From contig OZ237740.1 in NCBI GenBank assembly GCA_965178125.1, positions 558,001 to 622,000 of the forward strand: a stretch of 64,000 nucleotides of DNA, given 5' to 3'. The notes below the pieces were generated by a model. The model worked only from the letters and a program-made list of their open reading frames with translations. It had not been told where the DNA came from and did not search any database. The translations under genes and the position numbers were made by a program. The first letter of the stretch is position 1; each line of letters starts with the position of its first letter. Source of the DNA: Bilabrum cf. latius (taxonomy: Eukaryota). Positions 1-14,059 of this stretch are shown here, piece after piece.

Positions 1-3000
1 GATCCGGATCCTGCAAGGGATGCGCAGCCCTCTGCGGTTCCAAAGTCCGGTAGTAGCGTGGCGTCGTTAGGCAACGTCGATAGTGACGATGATGGTGGCA
101 GTATACTTGAATCCCTACACGATACAAGAATGGATGAGCCAGTCCGCCAGGCGATGCTGGCCGAAGCCCTGGTTATCAGGGCTGGGATAGTGGAGGAAAT
201 TGAGGGGCTGCTGGTCGAGAAAGCAGCTCCTGGGATAGTGGAGGAAATTGAGGGGCTGCTGGTCGAGAAAGCAGCTTCTGCTCCTTCTACCACTGCTCCT
301 ATCTCAGATGTATCGGCTGCCAGTAGTAGCAGTGGGACAGAGGCTGCAACTGACAAGCCCTCACTGGCCGAGGAACAGATCGAGGCACTGGGTGCCTTGG
401 CATGCTGCATCGAAGCGGCCCAAGATCCTGCAATGGCTCTTCCTATCCACGAGAAGCGAGTTGGTCTAGCTCTTGGATCTCTTGGCTTGGACTCAGAAGA
501 GTTTGAAGAAGCTCTCGAGGGGCATGGCAACTGCCTGGTCCTCGCCGGCAGGCCCGACGACGCTGTGGCCGTACACTTGAGGCACATGGACGCGATCGCT
601 GATTGCAAGGGCCCGAAGAGCGACGAGCTGCTTGCCGCCCTCACATGGCTGGCCGACTATGCGTCGAAGCTCGAAGACATCTCACCAGAGACGGTGAAAT
701 CCTTGACGATTCGGCTGCTGAAGCTGTCAGCGACCGTAAAAGGGGTGGCATCAGAGGAGCACGAGAGCGCCTTGCAAGCCCTCCTCAAACTCCTGGTATC
801 AGCTGGAAACCATAGGAGTGCAACCACTCTCCAAGAGCAGCACCTTGCTGCAGTTGCAAAAGCAGAAGGTAAGGAGACCGACGCATACCGGACCGGAAGG
901 CTCTAGCTCGCCCGATTCCTGCGGGCTGCTGGCAGGCCAGAGGAGGCCCAGACAATCGCAAGAGATGAAATCAAGCTAGTAGGCCGTACGTACGGCATCG
1001 GCAGCCAGATACACCTCGAAACTATCAAGATGGCTGCGAGCAAGTATAAACGGAAGAGCCGGTCTTTATGGGATAGATGGGAGCCCCCATTGGAACGGTT
1101 GTGCATATCGCTGCTTGATGAGGCCGTGGCGAATGCAACGGAACGGTGCGGCATGGACAGCGAGGAGGCACTGCAGTGCATTGTCAGACGCTCTGAGATT
1201 CTGGAGGATCTTGCTTTTGACGACAAGAAGCCGGAATGGTCAATGGCTGCGGTTCAAACGGCACTGAGGCTCCATGGGTCCTCGAGTTTCCAACACGCTC
1301 GGGCTCTGTGCGCTCACGTCCGCAGCCTGGTTGACAAGCATGACGCTGCATCAGCCATTTAGATTCTAGAGAACCATCTTGACATTTATAGAGACGGTGG
1401 GGCTGGTTGCGACCTACTAGTGCGTGAGGCGAGAGGAGCCCACTGGCAGACGTGTAAGAGGTGGCGGACTAGGTCACGGAGGGACGACGGCAGCGCCTAC
1501 CTTCCCTTGATTCAGCGGCTTGAATCAGTGATCCTCGGTGGAATAAAAGCCTTGCACGGCACGCAGGCTGGGGAGGATGCCGCCCTAAAGTACTGGGCAC
1601 TCTGGTGGGACTTCTGGTCTGAGCACCGCGGCATGTTTATGCCTGAGAAGCTCTTCTCCTGCTTTGCGGCAGCGGTTGCCTCCTACAGCGGAGAGGACTC
1701 CGGCTCGTTCCTGATGCTCCTGTAGGGCCAGGCCAAGAAGTGTCTAGAGGTTGCAACAACCGTGCACCACCCCGAGCCGTGGCGCCTTTCGGATAGATGG
1801 GCAGACGGATCTCTAGACTTGTCTCGGGACACCCCGGAAGGCATCGCATGCAGGGCTTGGCTTGATGCGGTCAGGGCGGCACTGCCCATAGAGGAGGTGA
1901 TTGACTGCCTGATGCGTCTTGTCGAACGAGAGCGGCACCGTCTCCCCGAGAAAGATGCTACTTAGCTACTTGGCAACATCCTGAAGCTGCCCCATGCGAG
2001 ACCACACGAGGCATCTCTGAAGCTGAGCTTCCTTCGTCGATATATGAATCTGGAACTGGGGGTAGAGGACCTACACGGAGCGGGTGGTGAAGATCGTGTT
2101 GTCGCTGACTTGCACATGGCACTACCGGCTGTTGGCGCCCTCATTGAGCAGCTTATAGGTCGGAACAGCTCCGAGCACGCCCACCACCTGTAGCAAGCAG
2201 CCCTTGGGGGCGGATTATGGGAGTGGTGTGATTCCAAAAGGTACGAGTACGAAACAGCTCCCGTCACCGCGCGGTATCTTCGTCGCCTCGTCGCGGTGTA
2301 TGGAGGTGCGAGCGATGCTTGCAGGGATGCGGTTCTTCATGTTGTCCAGGACAACCAGCTGACCGCCGGTTTCTGCTTGCTTGGGTAGCGCGTTGGTGAA
2401 CCGAGTGGCACTACAGATGCTTTGAAGCTGCTGCAAGCCATCGTTAACATTTGGCTTGATGCAGTGCGCGAGAAGTACGGGACACACAGCGCTGAGTACG
2501 GCCGGGCTTTGGTGGAAGAGCTTGCCCCATCGTTTGATGATCCTGATGACTTTGACCCGTTTCCGTGGCTTCACTCTCTTGTTCAAGAGCATGTCGATGC
2601 AGCAGAGGGCGTCCACAGCAGGGGCAGCCCGGAGCATGCGGGAGCTCTTGATGCCTTAGTGAACTTCTGCCTGCCTGGAGTCTCAGATAGCCGCAGTGGG
2701 GGTGCATTGCAAGTCGGACTTGCTGGCTTCGAGGAGCTCACAGAGCGGGCGTTCGAGGCCAGGACAGCCGTTGCACGCGAGCTGATGGACAGTGGCCGTC
2801 CTGGCGGAGCTTTGATGTGGTTGAATAGCGCCATCGATCACTGCGTCTTCCGATGCGAGCAACAGGATGCTTCCATGTCTGTGCTGCAGGATGGCATCAA
2901 GATGCTCTCGGATGCAGCAGACCGGACGCATCCGGGGTTCCGCCGCGAGTGCATGAAGTGTTTCTGGACAATGACAAATGTCAACAGTTCTGAGTGGCCT

Positions 3001-4344
3001 GAAGAGCTCTCGCACCAATGCTGCAAGCTGGCGTGCATGGTGCTAGAGTCTGTGGATGTGGCCTATGGGCGCGGTTCTTGCCAAGCCATTCGGTTCCGCG
3101 AGATGCTGATGAGCACCCTAGTTTCCGCTTATAGATAGGCGGACACCATCCGGGACGCGGTAGCATAGGTGCTTGTTCGCACTGTCATTAGTCCCGAGCT
3201 TGCAGGCGTTAGCCGTGGATCTGAAGGCGACGTTGGTCTGGGCTTGCTGCTGTACCAGTACATTTAGGAAAGCGGACCTGAAGGCAAGGATTCGCTTGTG
3301 GCAGACAGGTGGTCCAACAGCACGGGAGGGCCCGCCAGTGCTGCTTCAGCTGGGAAGGGCACGGCGGCTGCCTCTACAGTCGGCATGTTTAGAAAAGTAG
3401 TGGAGCAGCTATAGTACGAAGCTGAGGCCGAAGACGACGAGCCTGAGGATCGGGTGCTGTATACAGTGCTTGCAGATCTGGCCGACGCGGTGGTGGAGCG
3501 TGAAGACTCACCATCACCGGAGACAATCATGCTCTTGCAACGGATAAGCCAGGTCCCAGCTGAGATTGAGGAGCACAACCTGGATTGCTTCCTTACGCCT
3601 TTGCTAGACTGCATCGCGGAGCAATGCGTGGCTGTGTACGGCAGGCGGAGCAAAGAGCACCTCTCGGCACTGTGGGATGTTCTGGAAGACAAAGCTGGAT
3701 AGAGTGTCGTCAATTTCTATGAGTGGGACTCCGATGTTGAGAAGATATAGCAGCTAAGGGAAGTCGGGAAGACGTACAGAGCTTTGCGGCAAACCATGTT
3801 GCAGGAGGGGCTGATCCACCCGGATGAGCTGCCCCCTCGCCCATACGGACACTTCAAGGTTGGGATGGGAGGCGGGGATACTGCAGGGGACGTCGGTGGT
3901 GATGGAGGCTCAGCCAAGTCACAGGCAGCCTCCGGTGCTGGAAGGGACGAATGTCGCGATGCAGGAGCGAGACAAACAGCGGCTGATGCGGAGCACCACT
4001 ACACCCCTCATCGCATCAGGATGAAACAGCTAATAGATCCAGCGCATGCCCAATCTACCGTGTGTGCACCTGTTGGCGAGGAAGACTTGCTGCCAGGAGA
4101 GTGCCCTGCGCTGTTTATGTGTGAAGGCGACCTGTTCGATCGCAAGTGGTGGCAGGAGGACGATGGGGCGTGGCTCCCGCAAGCAGTGCGTGATAGAGTT
4201 GAGTGCGCGGTGGGTGCGAAAGGATCGACAGTCGACGACTCCGTGCTCCATTCAGGTGTCCGATCCGGATCTGGTGCTGCTGCCGATGAAGAGGCATGCG
4301 CTAGTGTAGAGGGTGTCGGTGCTGCGAGTGGTAAAGATCGTTAA
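1..4344 (+). CDS. Large helical/TPR-like hypothetical protein, 5'-partial (TAG read as sense)
   Basis: Seven ORF-track fragments (58, 1030, 1420, 1762, 2422, 3454, 3784) share one frame that is open from base 1. The only interruptions are 12 TAGs (904, 1360, 1723, 1963, 2191, 2386, 3136, 3166, 3265, 3412, 3700, 3748); it ends at TAA 4342-4344. The TPR-like call is inferred from helical Ala/Leu/Glu periodicity. Confidence 0.8.
184..279 (+). repeat. In-frame 48-bp tandem duplication (GIVEEIEGLLVEKAA x2)
   Basis: gggatagtggaggaaattgaggggctgctggtcgagaaagcagct occurs twice with a period of 48. Confidence 0.9.
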
Positions 4345-4821
4345 GTGGTGCACGATGGCTGCCCGTGAGAGTAGACCCATTGCTAGTGCAAAAAGTGTAG
4401 CTACGGCTGTTCGAGCCTCTAAACAAAGACTGCAAGTTTACACATGTCTGATCTCCTTTGCTCGTAGTTGGATTGGGAGCTTAGAGTGCACCGGAGGCGT
4501 GTCTGGCCTCGGGTCTAATGGTGGTGGGAGTTCGGATCCACGGTTGATGCAAAAATTAGAATACTCTACAGTCTAGTTGGTATAAGAATATCACTTGCGA
4601 AATAGGTAGACTATGAGCCGTGCTGCTGATAGGATCCTACATGGGTGTATCAGGTGTTCCTATCAGGTGTTCCTGTCACCAAATCCCGGATGCCCGTTTT
4701 GTACCCCTAGATCCTTGCTTGGAAAGGTCGGCCTTTCAGGGGTATCCGGGATACGACCCCCCCAGCTACGGTCATACGGGGGGGACGACGGACATCAGTA
4801 ATGTCGATCTACTGTTTCCAA

Positions 4822-6900
4822 TCAGTCTTGCAGACTTGCCCGCTCCGCCACTATAGTGTCAGCTAAGTCCTAGAGTAGTCCGTAGTACACCTTGCTGTTC
4901 AGCTCGAAGCGGCACTTGGGACACGGAAAGTTCTTCGTGTGGAAGGGCTCGAACCAGAAGTTGACCGCTGCTGAAAAAGCTCTTTCGGACCCATTGATGC
5001 CCTTGAGCTTAGCACTAGACTTACCTGTGTTAGCGAGGGCTTGGAGCGGGACTGCCGTCCCCGGCTCCGACAAGACCTCATGCCACCAGTAGCTCGGCAG
5101 CCACACGGCCTCGCCTGGCTCAGCGACGCACACGTGGATCCCATCGCGCCGGGCCTCATCGAACGCGGCTTCAGTGTAGATGTGACGCATCTTGGTACTA
5201 TAATGCATGCCATCGTCGGTCCATGGCTGACTAGTGCTTGTGAGAACCCCCACGTTGCCGTACCCTGCTCCTGAATCCCGCCTCTCCACAGCCGCAGCAC
5301 CGGCACTGAAGGCAGGTCGCCTTGAAGTGTTGGCCTCCATGAGGTCAAATGGAGTATTCACCATCGATGTGCTCTCTAATAGTTTCCCGGGCACGGCCAC
5401 ACCCGCCCTTGCATCCACCCTCAGCTGGCCTTCCTGCAGGTGGCCCTCCCCCATGCGATCGTTGCTGTATGGAGGCATCATCATCACTATCTTCCTGCCC
5501 TGCAGAGGTACCAGGAGGTTATCAAACGCATCAAAGTGCAACTTTCCGACGGTGTGGCCGTCACCAAGCCAGAAGTTCTTATGTGCCAGCCGAAGGGCGC
5601 CCAGACCTGGGAGCAGCTCGTCGTGGCTGCGGAGTAGTCGCGCCAGGCTAGCGAGCTATGAGCCTACAGTAAGGTACTCCACATAGGCAGATACATTGGC
5701 GTGGGCGCCATGCCGGCATGCAAGAAGCCGAACCTCGCTGGGGCTTGCGCTACCTGGACTAACAATGCTTGCAGATGGTTGCCCTGCGCTGGCGTCTTGG
5801 TTCTAGACACTCGGCTCGATTTCGTGGCAGGCCATTTGGGCTCGGCACATCTCCTCTATCCTGCTGCTGGTAGTAGCATTCATCGGCTGACGGAGCGACA
5901 TGGCGCCATTTCGAAGCAAAGCGTAGCACATCACCTCCACCAGCCGCGCATCGGTTGGCTGTGGCCTGACAACAACTCGATCCCTGCTTGCCAGCAGGCC
6001 AGCGATTCCGGCTGGTGGAAGCCTGCCGCCCACGCCGCCCCCAATCCACGACGAGAGGTCAGCAGATCCCTCAAACACCCCATCGGTTCCAGCCAACTTG
6101 CTATGCACTACTGCCTGGCCAGCTGCCTCAAGAAGGCTGCTGGCAAGTAGACCAGCCTGCTGCTACAGGGCATCCGCTGCTGGGTCACCGGCTGTCAGGA
6201 ACCCAAGCGATGCATTCGAAGCTGAAGAACGACTCGTCACCGGCCTGGCTGCTATTGGCACATTTTCAGGCATGTGCCTCACTTTGGATCGCAGGCGGAT
6301 AGTGGCCGGACGATGCCTGCCGACAAGCTCCATCAGCAGCCGATGCGGGTGCTCAGGTGACGACCCAACCGACTGGGCATCGATCTGTCGGCAGGGGAGC
6401 ACGGTTCCGAGCCGCTCTAGGCGTAACAGCGCGCGCTTTGCTCGTCGTGAAAGCATCAAGTCTCGCCATGCCCGCCATGCGCCGGTTCTTGGTCTACTAT
6501 TAGTACTATTAGTAGCAGGTGTCGGCGATGCCAGGCTGGATGTAGGCGCTGTGCCAGGTGAGGCACTGGAGGAGCCACGGCTGTGGTCGGTCTCAAGCCA
6601 ACCGTGGTCGGATGCAATGCTCTGAATGGCTGATTTGATCCTTCTAGGTAGTAAGCCAGTCCGCTTGCGGGTGTTTCGGATCGCCTCACTGGCTTGCTGC
6701 CGCTCGGACTGCGAAGGGTGCGCCTCACCAGACCAGAAGGTCATCTGCTCTGCTGCGCCATCAGCTGCTACAAGTATCCCCGATTGGTCCCATGTACCTT
6801 TGCTGGCTTCACTACGAAGCAAAACTGTGTGCAGGCATGTCAAATCTGGCAAACGCCTTTGCCAGATCGCCAAATGTGGCACTGCTACCTGATCTCCAGC
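4822..6900 (-). CDS. JmjC / cupin-like 2-oxoglutarate-Fe(II) oxygenase
   Basis: Motifs NFWLGDGHTVGKLHFDAFDNLL (HxD), PGEAVWLPSYWWHEV and AVNFWF. Fragments 6163, 5803 and 4870 are in one frame joined by TAGs; reading through TAG 4870-4872 reaches TGA at 4822-4824. The start is uncertain. Confidence 0.8.
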
Positions 6901-7267
6901 ATGGCGGCAGCTAGTTTCGTTAGTGAAAACACAATCTAGAACAGCTAAGCCCTAGTCATCACGCAGTGCATCGCGAACAAAATCGCAAGTGGAGGCTTGC
7001 GAAACACGTGGCTGCACTAGAAGTTTTGTCCTTTCGCTGAGGATCGAACCACGACCCTAGTCCCGCAACTTTACCGATAAACAAGGCTACGCGCGTCCTA
7101 AAGAGAATATAAAGATGTTAACTATTGCAATTGTTGCCAGATATGGCATCTAAATGTGCATGGGCACGGCTATTCCACCCTAAAATTTGCCGCTGGATGA
7201 CGAGCGATCCGGGTCTACTAGTTTGCTGCTGTCACGCAGATTCAACAGCAATAAGGACGCAAACGCC

Positions 7268-7708
7268 ATGAGTTCTAAGGATTCTTCCCGTGCAACCGAT
7301 AAGCCGAACGAGGCTGGCGTGAACCTGTCCGATGAACAGCTAGCGCTTGGCGAAATGAAGCGCAGAAGTCGAGAAGCAAACGACGCGGCTCACGCTGAAA
7401 TATAGGTTCGACAGTGGCGCTGCCACCCCCGCCTGTACGACGCAATTGATTCAATTACACGTATAACGGACTCTGGGGTTTCTGAGATCGGCCATAGATT
7501 CGGGTTGCTGTATGCTTGCATGAAATCGAAACCAGGGTACGAGCCAAGAGCGGAAGACCACCCATTTGCCACAGATCCTGAAGCGCATAGGCCACGTTGG
7601 AAATCTGGCGAACTTGTCAGGAACGCAAAAGTCGGCTGGGAGGCAGCCGAGGCGAAGCCTGGCTCGAAATCTAGTCCGAGGGAAACGAAAAACGGCGGCC
7701 GTTCGTGA
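7268..7708 (+). CDS. Small hypothetical protein (~146 aa)
   Basis: ATG 7268; one TAG at 7403-7405 joins two in-frame ORFs; ends in TGA. No recognisable motif. Confidence 0.55.
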
Positions 7709-7782
7709 GGCAGAGTAGACGGACGCTCTGTACAAGCAGATCCTAGAGACTGTCAAAGGGTACACGATATATAAGGCTGAGG

Positions 7783-9834
7783 TCAAGTCCACGGGCCACG
7801 GTTCGTGGCAGCCGTAATTGCTCTGGTTGCCGGCCCTGCCGGTGCTCTGTCGCCTGGTTTGGCTCTTGCACCCCCCTGCTGGCCCGCCACCTGCTGCGCC
7901 TCCTCGTCCTGCCAGACCGCCCACTGGCTGCGCTACATGCCATCTCCTTGGGAGTGTATGGCCGCATGACCTTGCGAGCGGCCGCCTGGCTGGCCACTAA
8001 GCCGGGGGTGGAGCGGGGACACAGGCCGGCGCCCGCTCGGTGAGGACCGGCCGGCTGCCGTCATGCTGGCAGAGAAGCGGCGCTCAAGGACTCCCTGATG
8101 TCCTGACGGTGCCATCGATGCTTGATCGTTTGCTTTGTTTGACTCTCTCGGTGGCGCACCTGTCTCAAGAGCCAAGGAAGGCGAAGAGGAAGACGAAGAG
8201 GAGGAGGAGGAGGCGGTCTCCTGATTAGGCCCCGTGCTGGCAGCGGCCAATTGCCCGCCGCGAAACCTCGCCACTGACCTGCGGGCGCGCTCCCTCGCGT
8301 TCCCTTCAATCTTTCTGCTGGCATGACCCAGCCGCCTGGCTGCATCAAGGAGGGTACGATGGGAGGACCTAGAGAAACCGACCTGCTCTATGGTGCTGGC
8401 CAGCTCTGCAACCGCTTGCGGGCCGTAGTCCAGAGAGACCGCCCTATCCGTGATGTCTCTCAGCATGGCGGCGGCAGTGCTGCGGGGTGGGATGGGATGG
8501 GAGGGGATGGGATGGGATGGGAGGGGGAACTATTGTCAATGAGAAGAGTGGGGCCTGGGCAGCCGTGTTTGAATCGGTGTTGTCGGCAGATATACGTTTT
8601 ACCTGATAGCCATGGTCTGGTAGCGACCCACTCACCTATCAACCGTCCCATCGGCGCTGCTGCCTGCGTCTCTCAGCTCCCTGGCAATCCGGGCAGCTGA
8701 CTGCACGAGTTCGTTTCGCTCTTGCGATTCCATCCGAGCAGTTGCTCCGTCGCCCTGCTCGCCCTTGCCGTGCTCAAGGCCCAAAGCCGAGGCAGATCCA
8801 CGCCCCTCCTCGCACTTGCTGGGGTCCGAGCTGACATCCATGAACAGCACGCCGTCGTCGATGAAGGACCCGGGAGGTGCGTGACCCCCTGCGGGCGGTG
8901 GAGCCCGTCCCTCCTGCATGCGCTGCTCGGAGACGTGCCTGTTTGCTTGTGATGCGTACGTAGGAAGATGCCCATGCATACGTACAGTATCACCCGTTTT
9001 ACTTCCTGTGCCTTCGTTGTACGCGCGATGATGGTCGTGGCGAGCTGCGTGAGGCCAGGCCTAGCCCCCCTCTGCAGGAGCATCCCATTGTTGGGGCCAG
9101 TCCGTGCTGTCTCGGGAGGACGCCGTGACTGCAGCTGACGGCTCCTAGATGTCAGTACCAAGGAAATTGTTTTGAGTTTGAACGGGCCTGCCGAGAACGC
9201 GTTCAAATGACTAGTGCTCAAATGGGTTCCGCGACAGATGTGCTCTGGCATCTCTTGGTCGGGTCTCAGCAACCAGTGCGTCAATGAGGTCTGGCACTTG
9301 CTATTCTGCGGTACTAGAATCGATCGTAATATATGGAGCTGCCACTGGCAGCTTGTCGAGCCAGCCGTCGTCGCTCCGACCAGCGGTAGCTGTCTCTGCT
9401 CCCTCCCATTGCTGAGGACTCGCCACTCGCCGGCGCTTTGCTATCGGCTCGTCGCTCCGAACCAGGGAGATTTTCGGAGCTTCTGGAGTTAATGCCTGTC
9501 TTTGTTCTGGAACCGTTGCATCGCCACCTGCAATGCCTGCTAGCTTCCTACTAGTTGCTTGCTGCTCGCTGCCAGCGGGTGCAGCCTGTGGATGCTCTAC
9601 GTCATCTGACGGCGTAGCTGGCAGACCTCTCATGTGAAAATCATCCAAGAATGCCAGGTCTGAGACTGCCTTGGCCCTCTTCCGTGTTTGCTTCCGACGA
9701 ATACCGCCAGTGCGAGAGAGCGCAACGGTTTTCACATGCAACGACTTCTGCCTTGCAGATGTTCGCGTGGTAGCTCCCTACTGCTTACTCTGCAATATGT
9801 CCTTCCTTTTTCTTGCTCCTCCTGTCCAAATCAT
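7783..9834 (-). CDS. Hypothetical low-complexity protein; intron 8480-8635
   Basis: ATG 9834 (MIWTGGARKRK...). The frame is open across six TAGs. A GTGAGT...CCGCAG intron preserves the frame; ends at TGA 7783-7785. Confidence 0.6.
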
Positions 9835-9944
9835 TGATCTCCTGGCTTGCTACTGGGTAAAATGAGGAAGCGAGCACGGTGAACCTCGCCGAATGCACCC
9901 GCACGCGTGCTTGGTCGCACGAAATTCCACTGCCCCCATGCTCA

Positions 9945-10397
9945 ATGGCAAGGTCTACAGATAAAGGCTCAGGATCAGTGGATGCCAAGTTGAATTTGTA
10001 CGAGATTCTCGGCATTCAAGAAGATTGCGATTCAAAAGCTATCAAGGAGGCCTTCCGGAGAAAGGCGCTACTTTTGCACCCCGACAAAGCACCAAAAGGA
10101 CAAACAGGATCCGCTGCAGCGTTCGCAGAAGTGCAAAAAGCTTTTGAGATTCTTAATTAGCTTGAGTCCAGGGAAGAATACGACGCTGGGCTGAAACGGC
10201 AGCGATCCATTGAGAGAGTGGCATTCGAGTTGTCCGTGGATGAAATGGAGTATGATGAGGCAACAGGTCGCTACTTCAAGAAGTGTAGGTGCGGAGAACA
10301 ATTCTAGATAGCAGAAGATGACTTGGTGGATGCAGAAGGGCGGGTATTGATCGAGTGTACAGGTTGCAGCCTGCGTGCCACTGTGATCGATGGTTAA
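9945..10397 (+). CDS. DPH4: Diphthamide biosynthesis protein 4 (J-domain + CSL zinc finger)
   Basis: J-domain with the HPD motif (LLLHPDK). After TAG 10158-10160 and TAG 10305-10307 come CRCG...IECTGCSL and TAA. The full 150-aa architecture appears only if TAG is sense. Confidence 0.9.
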
Positions 10398-10435
10398 GAA
10401 AGACAGTACTACCGCGGCACGCATTGTATCATAAT

Positions 10436-13400
10436 TCAGCTAAAGATTCCACGAGCCAGCAGCTTGTTGGTGCGGATGTGGGAGTGATTCTCTTCTGGTT
10501 CGCCGCTGGCTACCCCTGCCGCTGGAAGGGCAGTCGTAGATCGCGCCAACAGCTGTTCGTGCTCGGCAAGCAGCTCGTCAGACTCGCGCCTGAGCTCGTC
10601 TCCTTCCAAACTAAGGGCTCGCGTTTGCCTCTCTAGCTCCTCAACTAGCTCTCGCTGCTCCTAAGCCCACTTGCTTCTCTGCTGTTGCAGCCTGGCCCGA
10701 GAGGCCAGCACCGTCGCACGGTGACCCTGCAGTGCTCGCCCCGAGGCAGCTGCTCCGACTAGGCGAGCCCGAGCCCTTGCAATCGCCTTGGCGGCATCTA
10801 TATGCGCACTGGATATTCCATCGCCGCCCCCAGCCTCGATGCCACTCCCGTGCCCGCCGCCTTGCAGCGCACCAAGCACACGGTGCACCTAGACGGCACG
10901 ACTCGCCCGCTCCTCCATCCTAGCACTTGCTTCGTGCAGTGCATCGGCCGCCTGCTCGTCAGCGTGCGCTCGAAGGAGCAGTTCAACCGCTCGTCGCATG
11001 CGAGCAAGCAGCTGCTCGTGGGCCTGCTCGCACCTCATGGCATCCCGCACCAGTGCAGGGGACGCTGAGGGGCGAGAGCGTGGCACGGGCCTGCTGCTTC
11101 CGTCCAGTGTTCTCGTCCCAGCGGCAGAAGCCATGATGGCCAGCACATCGTCCGACACGATTCCCTCCCACACCAGCTGTTCACTCGTCACACTTGCAGC
11201 TCGCTTCACGCCACTGCGCCCGTAGGAGGCGGCGGCCTGCTTCACAGCCGCGGCCTGCACATCACCCCGCCTTTCGCAAGCCAGGATGGCGCTCTTTTCT
11301 TTCGCGAGTGTCGTTTCCTCTCTCTTTGCCAGCATCTCGGCGTGCTCGCAACGCGTGAGCTCGGTGCGCCTTGCGTGAGCCAGGGCATCGGCCACCCGCC
11401 GCAGGGTGCGCTTGCTGGGCTCCTCTGCTCCGGCAGCGGTTAGCCTTGCGCGTCGAGATGATGTGGGCGCACGTGCACGATCGCGGATGTATTTTTGCAC
11501 ATCCGCAGCAGCAGCGAGCAGATCGCGGGTGTCTATTGACGCTGCAGCCTCCCTCTGCCTTAGTTTGCAATCGGCTGCGTACAATCGCGGGTAGACTGCA
11601 CTCCACGAGGGCTCGCGGCGGTTTTGCTGAATCTCCTCGGGCTGTTTGTGATCTAGCGCTTGATCGAGACGTCCGTCAGCTCTGCGGGCCTCATGCTTTA
11701 CGGGCCGTCTGTCGTCACGCACACCCCCAGATATCCTTCTTGGATCCTGCGCCAAGGGGTTGCCCTTGGGTGCTCCACGCTATCTCGACACGCGCGGAGA
11801 CAGTGGCCGTTGCTGACCATATTGCCGAGGACGAGACCCAGATCGAGACTGCGGGTGCGTTGACTTGAGATTTGCTGCCTTGCCGTAAGCGGCTTCTGCC
11901 AGCCTCAGCTTCCTCTGCTCCGCGAGCGTGGGCGCTGATTTCTTCTGCTTCTGTCTCAGGATGTGGATCTTAGCGTCGACAGCGTCGAACGCGAAAGGGT
12001 CAGGGTCTGAGGGCATACCACCCGCGTCGGAGCTGCCCCCTACGTGTCGAGGAACCGTCTTAGACAACGCTGGGCGAGTCTCAGCGAGCTGCACACGGGC
12101 TCCTATCATGCTGCTTGCAGCTGGTACGTGTGCCCAGTCTCTGTGGGATTGGCCGCCACGCTCGACCAGACCAATGCCACCTGCCACGGCCTCGTCCCGT
12201 CGAGCAGCCAAACGGGCCATGTGGCTGGTATGACTGGCTGCCAATGTTCTCGCATCATCGTCCTGTATGTCGCTTTGCTTTCGATCGCCAGCATAGGCTG
12301 ACCTCAAGCCTTCCGCGTGCGTGCTGGATTCAGTCTTCGCACCATCAGCATCACGACTTGCCTCATGGCTGGCAGTATCGCCCCATGCAACTCCAGATGG
12401 AGTAGCTTGAGCAGGTACCTATACTTCGCTTTCCTCTTCTCCTGCTTCGTCCTATGCCCACGGCAAGTCAGAGTCCCGAGACGGCAGCGAGGCCTCCTCT
12501 AGTGCCCTAGCGACAGACATGCCCTCCGATGAGGCTTCCCCATCCACACCACCTGCAATCCCGGCCGTCCATCTGTAGTTACTGCGGCTCGCTGTATACT
12601 CTGCCTCGTCCACCCACTGCCACTGCACCTGCACTTCGAGCAGCAAGCCGACGCATCCCGACCGGCTGCCTCCCTCCCCAAACGCTGCCAAGCGGTCAGC
12701 TCCCAGACCGGGTTGCCTCCCAGCAACGTGCTTGCGAATATCAAGGCCACCTGAAGAAAGCACGTCGAGCTCAGCGGCACCAGGCCTTCTGGCGCCAGAG
12801 ACAGCTGGTCTCCCACCACCAGCTCCGGGTAGCGCCAGGAGCAAAGTAGCAGTTGTGGCGCAGGTGCCGGTGCCGCCGTCTGGGTCTGTTTCATGGATTT
12901 TCGTCTCGTGTGGCATTGCATGTGATTTGCTGCTTGCTGCCTTGGGTGGTCGACGGACAGCGTGAAACAGCTTGCCGATTTGAACTGACCCGAGCGCCAG
13001 CCGTCTCCTTGTCGTGGTGATTCGCGACTCCATCTACATGGTGCAAAGACCGAGACTACTACTGCCGCCATTGGAATGCTGCTGCCGCCCTTCAATAGAT
13101 GAATCCTATCCTTTTGAATCCCTCAGACCTGCCGGTTTGCATGCACTTTCAAAGTTAACGTCAGCCGCGATGTCCCGCCAGCCCTACCTCTCAACTTCAG
13201 ATGCTCGCACACGGAGCAGGTGCTCCTGCTCGCTCTAGTCCATCGCAGATTTCAATGCGTCGTCAGCAACCACTGGATACTGCCGAAGCAACACAGCGGG
13301 CAAAATTGCTGCGTCGTACTATCTTGATCTATCTGATGCCGATTCGATGGTGTGCCAAACCATGCTACCCGGGGCACCAGTTCTCCGCGACCTTGTGGCT

Positions 13401-13978
13401 GAGAGGAGCCTTGAACCAGATTGGATATCCTATGCTTGTAGTTTCACCGATACGTCCCCTTTTTGCGGGCCGGGGATTCCGATGGCTCGCAGCAGGCTAT
13501 TGCCAACGACGCAGCCCGCTGCACGTACAGCCAGCTCAATCGGGACAAATTCGCCTGCTGGCTGTTGATTGCTGCTAGATTGTACGCGAATAGATGCAAT
13601 TTGCTTGGCCCTATCAAGCGTCTTTTGAAATTCGTCGTGAGAATGCCTCGGCTTGAACGAATCCATCCATGCTGCGTCCGACTTGGCCACATTTTCTAGA
13701 TCAAGCATCTCCTTTGCCGTGATTCCAAGATCAACTTTGGAATCACTCAACATGTCCATCTAATTTTTTCGCTTCACTGCTGCAACTACTTCTTCATGGC
13801 GTGCAATCCTTTGCCTGCTGCCATCAACTGCGCAAATCACGTAGAAGCCACTATTGCGATTCCACTCCTAAACTATGGCAGGAATCGATGCATCACCAAA
13901 CTTGAATTCGATTTTCTCTCCAACTACCGAAGTTGGACTGCTCATTGTATCAAACACTAGCTGTTTCAGAAATGACAT
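10436..13978 (-). CDS. Hypothetical protein (~1180 aa) with C-terminal coiled coil
   Basis: Single frame from ATG 13978 to TGA 10436-10438 with about 13 TAGs and no TAA/TGA. It joins ORFs 13430, 12452, 11780, 10889 and 10661. Confidence 0.7.
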
Positions 13979-14059
13979 TGTAGGCGGAACCAAAATGCGC
14001 GGCGCCTCCAACGGCAATGAAATCGGTGGATTCAGAAATAAGCCAACCTTGCCCTTCCG

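Noticed and set aside
4590-4810. Possible MITEs in GGATCC/GAATCC-rich intergenic patches (also 15600-15770, 46540-46650)
   Set aside because: I found only short imperfect palindromes and a 13-bp duplication, with no convincing TIR plus TSD.
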